Positions 1 through 7,337 of a stretch of 64,000 bases of DNA are shown in pieces. The stretch comes from a virus. The position numbers and the translations under genes were made by a program. Every line of letters starts with the position of its first letter. Position 1 is the first letter of the stretch. A model generated the notes under the pieces. The model was given only the letters and a program-made list of their open reading frames with translations. It was not told the origin of the DNA and did no database searches. The stretch is taken from positions 7,572-71,571 of the IMG/VR virus record IMGVR_UViG_3300019890_000004, one strand, 5' to 3'.

Positions 1-19
1 CCCCGCAAGGGCCGTGCCG

Positions 20-226
20 CTAAGGCCGAGGACACCGGCACCCCGGCCTGACGTGGACCGCGAACCCCGCTGCGGCCCTGTAGCAGACGGCAGGGACCTG
101 CGCCGACGCCGAGAGGGGGCGCGGCGGCAGCGAGAACCCGGGAGGGAAGAAGGTTCTTAGCTGCCGCTCGATCTCGCGGTTCGCGTGGTCCCGCAGGGCG
201 TCCGTGATGCCGTAGTGGCTCGTCAT
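20..226 (-). CDS. small hypothetical protein, antisense to structural operon
   Basis: ATG at 226 (MTSHYGITDALRDH); 3' part of ORF 20..634. Confidence 0.4.
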   Translation of the reverse strand: MTSHYGITDALRDHANREIERQLRTFFPPGFSLPPRPLSASAQVPAVCYRAAAGFAVHVRPGCRCPRP

Positions 227-272
227 GCGCGCCATTATCCCTGACCTGGCGATACGGCGGGGGTGACCGGTC

Positions 273-935
273 ATGGCGGACAGTCCTGTGCCCATCGTCT
301 CGGCCGCGACTTTCCAGGCCGGCCCATATGGCGACCTGGTGAAGGGGTATAGCGCCCAGGCCCTGTCCGACCTGCTGTCGGAGGCGACGCGCGAGTGCGA
401 GTCGGAGACGGGGCGCCGCCTGGTCCCGTTCACGAGCGTCCCGGAGACGCACCGCGCCGAGGGCATGGACCCCGATGAGTACACCGACTCGGCGAACATC
501 CCGATGGACATCCAGGGCACCCTCGGCCGGTCGTACGCGCAGGCCCTCGGTGTTACCACGCTGGTGCGGCATTGCTGGCTGAACGAGTTCGCGGTCCGGT
601 ACCCCGAGTTGTGGTCGTACAGCAGCATCAGCATTCAGGTGGTGCGGTCCTACGGCGGGAACCAGAACCTGTCGACGTCCCAGTGGCAGGGGGCGGAGAA
701 CGACTCCGGGCATGTCTGGTTCCAGCTCGGCCAGTTCATCCCGATCGGCAGCCTGATCCGGGTTGTCTACTCGGGCGGGTACACGGTGGCGATCCCCGCC
801 GACCTGGTGCGGGCGGGGAAGTTCATGGCCGCCTACCTGGCGGTGCGGGACCTGAACCCGGCCGCCACCGACCATGACCCGGACCTGCTCCACACCGATG
901 CCCTGATGGCCCTGGCCAACTACATGCGGAGCTAG
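273..935 (+). CDS. head-to-tail adaptor/connector-like protein
   Basis: 220 aa, strong GC3 bias, C-terminal YSGGY..IPADLVRA motif typical of adaptors; position upstream of tail genes. Confidence 0.65.
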   Translation: MADSPVPIVSAATFQAGPYGDLVKGYSAQALSDLLSEATRECESETGRRLVPFTSVPETHRAEGMDPDEYTDSANIPMDIQGTLGRSYAQALGVTTLVRHCWLNEFAVRYPELWSYSSISIQVVRSYGGNQNLSTSQWQGAENDSGHVWFQLGQFIPIGSLIRVVYSGGYTVAIPADLVRAGKFMAAYLAVRDLNPAATDHDPDLLHTDALMALANYMRS

Positions 936-937
936 CC

Positions 938-1303
938 GTGGCCGTGCGGAGGCTGACCGGGGCGAAGCCGGGACGTGCGAGGCGGAACCGGAAGGTGCGG
1001 TTCCGCAGCAAGCACGGGGTGAAGTCGCACGGCGGGTCAGTGTTCCGGGCCCACCACGCGCGCAGCAGGGCGGTGTTCCGGGCGCACGCCCCGAAGGCGC
1101 TGCGCGGTTTCCGGCCGCGTGCGGCGAGGCATTGGAAAGCACCGAAACCGGCGGCGTACAAGGGGACCGGGACGCGGAACCCGTTCCCGGTGCGGTCGAA
1201 GGCGAAGGCGTTCAAGGCGGCGGGGCAGCACGGGCACGCGATGCGGGCTGTTAAGCGGAAGAAGGCGGCGAAGTACCGGGCGGCGCGGCCGAAGCGGGTC
1301 TAG
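938..1303 (+). CDS. highly basic Arg/Lys-rich protein
   Basis: GTG 2 nt after upstream stop; no Asp or Glu in the 121-aa translation. Confidence 0.6.
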   Translation: MAVRRLTGAKPGRARRNRKVRFRSKHGVKSHGGSVFRAHHARSRAVFRAHAPKALRGFRPRAARHWKAPKPAAYKGTGTRNPFPVRSKAKAFKAAGQHGHAMRAVKRKKAAKYRAARPKRV

Positions 1304-1514
1304 GCTCAGCCGGCCTTTCGTCGCCGTCCAGCCACGCCGACTCTAGTTTGTACGTCATCGAGTCGCCGTCGTCCGTGATGCCCGTCACGCGGTACGGCGT
1401 GTAGTGGACCAGCACCAGGTCACCCTTGCGGATAGCTTCCAGCGGGCGGGCGTCGCCGTAGAGCGTCAGTTCGCCCACTGGCTTGATGTCCAGCGGATTC
1501 CATTCCAGCTTCAT
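1251..1514 (-). CDS. hypothetical protein
   Basis: ATG at 1514 (MKLEWNPLDIKP) after GGAG; globular-looking sequence. Confidence 0.55.
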   Translation of the reverse strand: MKLEWNPLDIKPVGELTLYGDARPLEAIRKGDLVLVHYTPYRVTGITDDGDSMTYKLESAWLDGDERPAEPRPASAAPPGTSPPSSA

Positions 1515-1539
1515 GCGTGCTCCCGCTCTTGGCTTACCG

Positions 1540-1863
1540 CTAGATGATGCTGGACAGGTAGAAGCTCGGCGGTCGGCTGATCCCGTAGAACTCCACCCGG
1601 TACGGCCGCCTCTCTCCCGTCGGCTCCGCGAACTCAAACGGAGGAAGCGGGAACGGCGGGATGGGCGGGGGCACCCGGAACGCGCACGTACCACAGGGCT
1701 GTCCGGCCAGCGTCGGCCTGGCGGGCACGCTGTCGCGCAGGACCGCGAGCACCTTCGCCGCCGCCTCCTCGCGGGATTCCCGTGCTTGCGCCGCCAGTCC
1801 TTCCGGGGTGCTGAACGGGATGGGGCGGGTCGGTGCCACCCAGGTCCCGAAGATGCCGCTCAT
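1540..1863 (-). CDS. hypothetical protein (CxxC)
   Basis: ATG at 1863 overlapping the upstream stop. Confidence 0.5.
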   Translation of the reverse strand: MSGIFGTWVAPTRPIPFSTPEGLAAQARESREEAAAKVLAVLRDSVPARPTLAGQPCGTCAFRVPPPIPPFPLPPFEFAEPTGERRPYRVEFYGISRPPSFYLSSII

Positions 1864-2066
1864 GACCGAAGTTCCCGCGTGCACCGGATGCAGCACTGGC
1901 CTTCGCCCTTGCCTCGCCACTCGCACATGCGCGCGGTCGACGGCGAGAACACGGTGATGCGCGCGGCGTGGCCGCACCAGTCGCACTCCCGCCGGCGCAG
2001 TGTCACGACGAGGATGGGCGTGCCGGGCGCGTTGAACGGGCTGCGGCTGCGGACCAGGACCGTCAC
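1860..2066 (-). CDS. small Zn-finger-like protein
   Basis: GTG at 2066 after AGGAG; CDWC and CIRC motifs. Confidence 0.5.
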   Translation of the reverse strand: MTVLVRSRSPFNAPGTPILVVTLRRRECDWCGHAARITVFSPSTARMCEWRGKGEGQCCIRCTRELRS

Positions 2067-2189
2067 CGCTTTCTCCTCTTTACTCTCGCCCGCTGGCGCC
2101 TGCGGTACTCGCGGCGATCGATGCGGGGCTTGTTCGGAATGAAGTACATGATCGTGCCGCCCCAGGTGTAGACGTTCCACCAGGCTCGT

Positions 2190-2633
2190 TCATGTCACGC
2201 GCTCCGAGTGTGCGGGGCACGGGCCGCCGAGCGATACCCGCAGGCCGCCCATGATCACGCACCGGCACCCTTCCGGCCAGTCGCGGTGAACCACTACGGC
2301 AGGCAGATCACCCGCGACGACAAGCCCGAGGCGCTGCTTAACGCCCTCGATCCATTCGCGGCGGCCGCGTTCTTCGGCTTCCCTCTGCGCGGCGATGCGG
2401 CGGAGCCAGGAACTGGCCTCCCATAGCCATGGCATGTGCGCGGGCAGCTCGCTCCCGCGCCCCGCCTGGGCTGCACCCGGTGCCACTACCGGTACCGGGC
2501 CGGACAAGACGGCCTCGGTCACGCGCGCCATCGCGTCGTCGGAGTCCACATCGAATTGCCGGGCATAGTCCAGCACTCTCACCAGGTCATCACGGAGAAC
2601 GGTCACCGTCTCCCGGGGTTTCGGAATGCTCAT
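2190..2633 (-). CDS. hypothetical protein
   Basis: ATG at 2633 (MSIPKPRETV); GC3-biased codons. Confidence 0.55.
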   Translation of the reverse strand: MSIPKPRETVTVLRDDLVRVLDYARQFDVDSDDAMARVTEAVLSGPVPVVAPGAAQAGRGSELPAHMPWLWEASSWLRRIAAQREAEERGRREWIEGVKQRLGLVVAGDLPAVVVHRDWPEGCRCVIMGGLRVSLGGPCPAHSERVT

Positions 2634-2665
2634 CCGGCCAGCATCCCACGCAAGGGCGGTGACCA

Positions 2666-3175
2666 ATGCCGACCTACACCGGCATCAGCACCGTGGAGAC
2701 CCGCGAGGCCGCATGGCTGAACACGACAGTGAACGACGGCCTCCCCGTCCTCCCCTCCTCCGCCGGCGGCCCCTGGGATGTCATACAGGCGTTCTGGACC
2801 CGCACCCCCGGAACCCAGCAGACGCAGCTTTACGTGTCGTCACTGGAGATCGACGACGAGCGGACCTCAAGCCAGCGGATCATGCCGCACTACCAGATCA
2901 CCCTTGACCTGCACTGGCCGGTCAGGGTCACCACCTCGCCGCTGCTGGAAACCGAGCAGCAGAACCTGAAGAACGCCGTCGACCTGCTCGTGCAGCGGAT
3001 ACGCGGCCCGGTAGGCGACAAGACCCACGGCGGGGCGTTCCTGTCGGCAGGGGAAGTGCCGAGGTCGCCGGGCGTGCACGTCTCGTTCGAGCACCCGATG
3101 CAGACCGTCCCAGCAGACAAGGAACTGCGGGCGAGCGTCGTCTACTACGCGGACGACGACGAGGTCAACGGCTGA
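2666..3175 (+). CDS. tail terminator/completion-like protein
   Basis: 169 aa, upstream of tail tube; RIRGPVGDKTHGG motif. Confidence 0.55.
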   Translation: MPTYTGISTVETREAAWLNTTVNDGLPVLPSSAGGPWDVIQAFWTRTPGTQQTQLYVSSLEIDDERTSSQRIMPHYQITLDLHWPVRVTTSPLLETEQQNLKNAVDLLVQRIRGPVGDKTHGGAFLSAGEVPRSPGVHVSFEHPMQTVPADKELRASVVYYADDDEVNG

Positions 3176-3483
3176 TCCGGCTGATCCGCGGCATAGCAGC
3201 GGTGCTGAGGCAGGTACTCGCCGATCCGGTAGACGACCGCGCGGTTGCCCGCCTCAATGTGGAGCGCCGCGCCCCGGTAGCCGTACGGGTCGCCTTCGCC
3301 AGGTGATCCCGCCCCGCGGATCTCCGCCCATGGCGACTCGCCCGCATCGATCAGCGCGAGCAGCGGAACCGTGATCAGCACGCGCTCCGCTGCCGCGGCG
3401 ATACGGAGTCGCGGCCCGTTCGGCGGGTCATCGACCCAGGCCATCAGTACCTCGCCGAACTCCCGCCCGGACAGCTCGCTCAC
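3145..3483 (-). CDS. hypothetical protein, antisense insertion
   Basis: GTG start after AAGGG; fills the gap between + strand genes. Confidence 0.55.
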   Translation of the reverse strand: MSELSGREFGEVLMAWVDDPPNGPRLRIAAAAERVLITVPLLALIDAGESPWAEIRGAGSPGEGDPYGYRGAALHIEAGNRAVVYRIGEYLPQHRCYAADQPDQPLTSSSSA

Positions 3484-3518
3484 CCCTTAACCGTAGCCCG
3501 CCACCGGGAGGTTCCTGC

Positions 3519-3743
3519 ATGGCCAAGTTCAGAAACGACACCGGCAGCGTCCTGAACTCCGCCGAGTTCGGCCTCATCGGCCCCGGCGAGTTCGAGCTTG
3601 ACGGCTACGACCCGGACGTCCACGGGGTGATCCCCGGCTGCACGCGGCTTGACGTCCCGGAGACCACGGAAGCCCCTGACGACGCCAAGCCCCCAGCCAA
3701 GCGCGGCAAGGCCGCCGGACAGGACAAGGAGACCGGCGAATGA
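3519..3743 (+). CDS. small virion-associated hypothetical protein
   Basis: GGAGG RBS; stop overlaps tail tube ATG (ATGA). Confidence 0.7.
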   Translation: MAKFRNDTGSVLNSAEFGLIGPGEFELDGYDPDVHGVIPGCTRLDVPETTEAPDDAKPPAKRGKAAGQDKETGE

Positions 3744-4891
3744 CCTACCTGTCACGCCTGGCCAAGCTCGGCCTCGCCAAGGAGGGCACCCAGTACACGT
3801 ACACCGCCCCCGCGATCTCGGTCCCGTTCACGACCGCGAAGTTTTTGGACGTCATCGCCCCGCTCCGCGATGAGTCGGTGCGGGCCAACGACAGCGTGGT
3901 CCAGGGCCTCAACCAGGGGCCCGCCTACTGCACGTGGGATATCGAGTCGAACGCGTACGCGGACCTGATCGGCCACTTCTTCCGGGCCATGATCGGCCCG
4001 GACACGGTGGCGGCGGGCGTGTCCACCACCCTGGCGTCGAACTGCGCCGCGGGGGCGACGTCGCTGACCCTGACCGTGACGGTGCCGACGAACAGCGTCA
4101 TCCAGATCAGCGACGCCGGCGGCACCAACCTGGAGTGGGTGAAGGTGACCACGGTGGGGACCGCGGCGACCGTCATCGTCCCGGCGACCGGCACGAAGTA
4201 CGCGCACACCGCGGCGGGCGGGGCGCTGCTGTCCCAGTCGACGCACGTGTTCAAGCAGAACCGCACCTTCTCCACCGTATGGCCGACCTACAGCTTCACC
4301 GTCGACGACGGCACCGACCAGCTCGGCTGGCCCGGCTGCGTCATGTCCGACCTCGGCATCAAGGTCGACCCCAAGGGGTTCATCACCCTCACGCCGAAGT
4401 ACTCCGGGTTCCCCTCGGCCGCCCAGTCGACGTTCGCCTACGCCGCGTCCGCGGTGCAGCCCATCGTCGGCTGGGCGTGGACCGTCACCAACGGCGGCGC
4501 GGCCTCCACCCGCGGGCTCACGTTCGACCTGACGCTGAAGCGGGCCGTGGAGGTCATCGACTCCTCCGACGGCACCCAGGGACCCCGCGAGATCTTCCCC
4601 GGCGCCATGGAAGCCGACGGCACCTACAAATGTATTTTCGAAAACGATCTCGATGTAAATCTATTCAAGCAGTACAGCCAGCTCCCCACGGTACACACAC
4701 TGACCCAGCCCGTCACTAGTGGCGGCTCCGTCCTCGCGATCACCATGAGCCAGTCCGGCTACACGACCGGCGAGGTCGACCTCGCGAGCCAGTACGTGCA
4801 GCTGAACCAGGCGCTGTCGGGCATCGCGAACGCCACCGATAGCGGCGTGGTGTCCGTCAGCCTCAGCAACTATTTGACATCAGCCTACTGA
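3740..4891 (+). CDS. major tail (tube) protein
   Basis: 383 aa; N-terminal LGLAKE motif; Thr/Ser-rich; upstream of chaperones and tape measure. Confidence 0.8.
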   Translation: MTYLSRLAKLGLAKEGTQYTYTAPAISVPFTTAKFLDVIAPLRDESVRANDSVVQGLNQGPAYCTWDIESNAYADLIGHFFRAMIGPDTVAAGVSTTLASNCAAGATSLTLTVTVPTNSVIQISDAGGTNLEWVKVTTVGTAATVIVPATGTKYAHTAAGGALLSQSTHVFKQNRTFSTVWPTYSFTVDDGTDQLGWPGCVMSDLGIKVDPKGFITLTPKYSGFPSAAQSTFAYAASAVQPIVGWAWTVTNGGAASTRGLTFDLTLKRAVEVIDSSDGTQGPREIFPGAMEADGTYKCIFENDLDVNLFKQYSQLPTVHTLTQPVTSGGSVLAITMSQSGYTTGEVDLASQYVQLNQALSGIANATDSGVVSVSLSNYLTSAY

Positions 4892-4906
4892 TCGGTAACT
4901 TACCGG

Positions 4907-5314
4907 TCAGAAAAGGGCCTCCGGTACCTCTCGTCGTCGCGATAGGTACCGGATCGCCGAGCGGATCACCTTCGGGTCATCCTTCAGCAGTCCGATCGTC
5001 CGGTTGCACCTGGCACACAGAAGCCCGCGAACCTTCCCGGTCGCGTGATCGTGGTCAACGTTCAGGTTCTCGGCCGTGATCTGCGCGCGGCAGATCAGGC
5101 ACCGGTCCCGCTGGCCGGCAAGCATCCGGGTCACGTCATCTTCCGTGAGCCCGTACTTGCGCTTGAGGACGGACCTGCGCTGGGTCCGGCGGAACTGCTC
5201 GGGGTTCTCTCGCTGCCACCGGGCGACGTCGGCCTTAGTGCAGGACTTGCAGTAACCGCCGGTATAGAAGTCGGCGCGCGGCTTGAGCGTTTCACACTTC
5301 GGGCACCGCCTCAC
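4907..5314 (-). CDS. endonuclease VII-family (His-Me) nuclease
   Basis: KYGLT..Qxx[24 protein letters not shown]; GTG at 5314 overlaps upstream TGA. Confidence 0.9.
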   Translation of the reverse strand: MRRCPKCETLKPRADFYTGGYCKSCTKADVARWQRENPEQFRRTQRRSVLKRKYGLTEDDVTRMLAGQRDRCLICRAQITAENLNVDHDHATGKVRGLLCARCNRTIGLLKDDPKVIRSAIRYLSRRREVPEALF

Positions 5315-6051
5315 GCTGCGCTCTTTTCCAGGTACCTGGCGGCGCGCGCCATGAGACTCACGTCCTCGCCGAACAGGCCGACGGCGGTGTTGCACCATCC
5401 GCAGAGGACGCCCCGCACCGCTCCGGTCTGATGATCGTGGTCAAGGTGCAGCCGCTTCTTGCCCGGTCTCGGCGGCGTGCCGCAGATCCCGCACACACCG
5501 CCCTGCGCGGCCAGCAGAGCCTCATACTGCTCGCGCGTGATGCCGAATTTGAACTGAAGCCGATAGCCGATCTGCCGCTCACTGAGCAGTTCCGGGTTTT
5601 CCTGCCGCCATTTCTGCCGTTCCGCCTTCACGCACTCCTTGCAGGGCTGCCGACGGTAGGGAGCGACGGGCTGCGCCTTGCTCCCCCGGTACACATAGAA
5701 GTCCTTGGCCGGCTTGATCTCGCCGCATCCCTGGCATGTCGCCTCGGGGCCGTCCACGCTGCCGGTTTCCTTGCGCCTCTCCCGAATCTCGGCACCGCCA
5801 GCGGTCCCTGTCTTATGAACGCGCGAATAGTGGCCCTTGCAGTAGCCCAGGCAGGAATGCTCGCGGTCGCAGTCATCGACCAGGCAGCCTGTCCGGCCTC
5901 GAACGAGTGCCTTGACGACCACATCCGGATCGCCGTGTCGCTGCCAGCGCGTGTAGTGCATCTTGCAGTAGCCCCGGCAATGGCGACGCCCGTCGCAGTC
6001 GGGAACGCTGCATTTTGGCTTGCTCTCGGGCTCAGGCGTAGCCTGGGACAT
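5311..6051 (-). CDS. endonuclease VII-family nuclease with N-terminal Cys/His Zn-finger repeats
   Basis: ATG at 6051 after AGGAG; CSVPDC..GYCKMHY repeats; [19 protein letters not shown]. Confidence 0.9.
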   Translation of the reverse strand: MSQATPEPESKPKCSVPDCDGRRHCRGYCKMHYTRWQRHGDPDVVVKALVRGRTGCLVDDCDREHSCLGYCKGHYSRVHKTGTAGGAEIRERRKETGSVDGPEATCQGCGEIKPAKDFYVYRGSKAQPVAPYRRQPCKECVKAERQKWRQENPELLSERQIGYRLQFKFGITREQYEALLAAQGGVCGICGTPPRPGKKRLHLDHDHQTGAVRGVLCGWCNTAVGLFGEDVSLMARAARYLEKSAA

Positions 6052-6133
6052 GTCGATCTCCTGCCAAGGATAAGGATCGGCCGTGCCCGGGACGGTTGCC
6101 ACCGTCGCCGGGACTTTTCGTACCCAAATTCTA
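6049..6133 (-). promoter_or_regulatory. promoter (-10 TAGAAT) and two-hairpin leader of the endonuclease VII gene
   Basis: attcta at 6128-6133; near-identical element at 16699-16779. Confidence 0.7.
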
Positions 6134-6184
6134 TCAGCGAGCGAATCCCGCCGCTGTCTGTAACTACCTGCTAAGGAGCATCCC

Positions 6185-6616
6185 ATCGGATATAGGAACG
6201 CGTTCATCACCCTGGACTTCCCTGACCTCGCGGAGGACGGCGACCACATCGACGTCCTGATCCGCAACCCGCGCCTCATGCCGGCCGGGGAGCTGAAGGC
6301 ACTGGCAGGGAAGCAGGGCGCGGCGGACGCGCAGAGGCTCGCGGCAGCACGCCAGATCGCCGAGGCGGGCGGGGAAGTCCCCGACGACCTCGTCACCGAG
6401 GATGACGCCGACCGGGGCTTCGCGTTCGCCGCGAAGCTGATCGCCGGGTGGCACGTCTACGACGCGACCGTGCAGGACGGCGGCCTCCTGCCGATGCCCG
6501 CCACCGCCGAGCTCGTCGCGAAGCTCCCGCAGGACATCCTCCTCGCGATCATGGCCGAGGTGAGCAAGGCAAACCCTCAGCAGGCCCCGGCGGATGGTAC
6601 TGGGAAGACGTCCTAG
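6185..6616 (+). CDS. tail assembly chaperone (gpG-like), probable ATC start
   Basis: AAGGAG at 6173-6178, ATC at 6185 in frame, in-frame TAA at 6161; lies between tail tube and tape measure. Confidence 0.75.
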   Translation: MGYRNAFITLDFPDLAEDGDHIDVLIRNPRLMPAGELKALAGKQGAADAQRLAAARQIAEAGGEVPDDLVTEDDADRGFAFAAKLIAGWHVYDATVQDGGLLPMPATAELVAKLPQDILLAIMAEVSKANPQQAPADGTGKTS

Positions 6617-6825
6617 CCCCGGCAGAAAGCATTTACGACGGGACATGGTCCGGGCACGACCCGGTCCCCGACGAGGTCGCCGACTTCGAGCTGATGGGCG
6701 GGGAGAACATCGCGTTCTCCTGGCGCGACCTGGAGGAGACCCCCGCCTACGTGCGCCGGTTCTGCCTCGACCTCCTCGCCGTCAAGCGCCGCTGCATCGC
6801 CGAAAGGTCGAACCGCCGGGGGTGA
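6571..6825 (+). CDS. -1 frameshift extension of tail chaperone (gpGT-like)
   Basis: XXXYYYZ slippery heptamer A AAC CCT at 6571-6577 in the correct phase; -1 frame open to 6825. Confidence 0.75.
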   Translation, partial: KPSAGPGGWYWEDVLAPAESIYDGTWSGHDPVPDEVADFELMGGENIAFSWRDLEETPAYVRRFCLDLLAVKRRCIAERSNRRG

Positions 6826-7316
6826 CCGTGAGCAACGCGGCACGGGAAGTAGCGGACCGGCTCCGGGTCATCCGGGCGAAAGCCGCCGCCGAAGCGCCCC
6901 GTGCGGCGTGCGAGGCGCTCGGGCGGGCGGCGGAGACCGCGGTAAAGGTCACGCTCACGTCGTCGACGCACCCGGAGGGCACCCGCACCCCGTCGAAGCC
7001 CGGGATGCCGCCGTCGCTGATCACCGGGACGCTCCGGCGGTCGGTTGCCCGGACCCCGGTCATGCAGGCGGGCACCGCGGCGTTCAGGTGCCTGGTCGGG
7101 TCGAAGATCATCTACGCGGCGGTGCACGAGTTCGGGCCGGTGACCATCACGGCGCGGAACTTCCCGCAGCTCGGCAACCCTGACGCGGGGTTCTTCGGCC
7201 GGAGCGTCGTCATTCCCCGCCGGCCGTTCCTCGCGACAGCGGTACGGGGGCTGGAGACGAGCGGGATAGCGCACCGTGCCGCCACTGACGCATGGCGGGC
7301 CGTCATCGACCTTTAG
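6822..7316 (+). CDS. HK97 gp10-like tail component/neck protein
   Basis: TGTLRRS..YAAVHEFG..IPRRPFL motifs; GTG overlaps upstream TGA. Confidence 0.75.
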   Translation: MTVSNAAREVADRLRVIRAKAAAEAPRAACEALGRAAETAVKVTLTSSTHPEGTRTPSKPGMPPSLITGTLRRSVARTPVMQAGTAAFRCLVGSKIIYAAVHEFGPVTITARNFPQLGNPDAGFFGRSVVIPRRPFLATAVRGLETSGIAHRAATDAWRAVIDL

Positions 7317-7337
7317 CTATCCCGGCTGGGGGCGACC

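Noticed and set aside
4892-6184. Group I intron around the endonuclease genes (also 16165-16800)
   Set aside because: Nuclease genes are antisense, intergenic and fill the inserts, leaving no room for an intron core.
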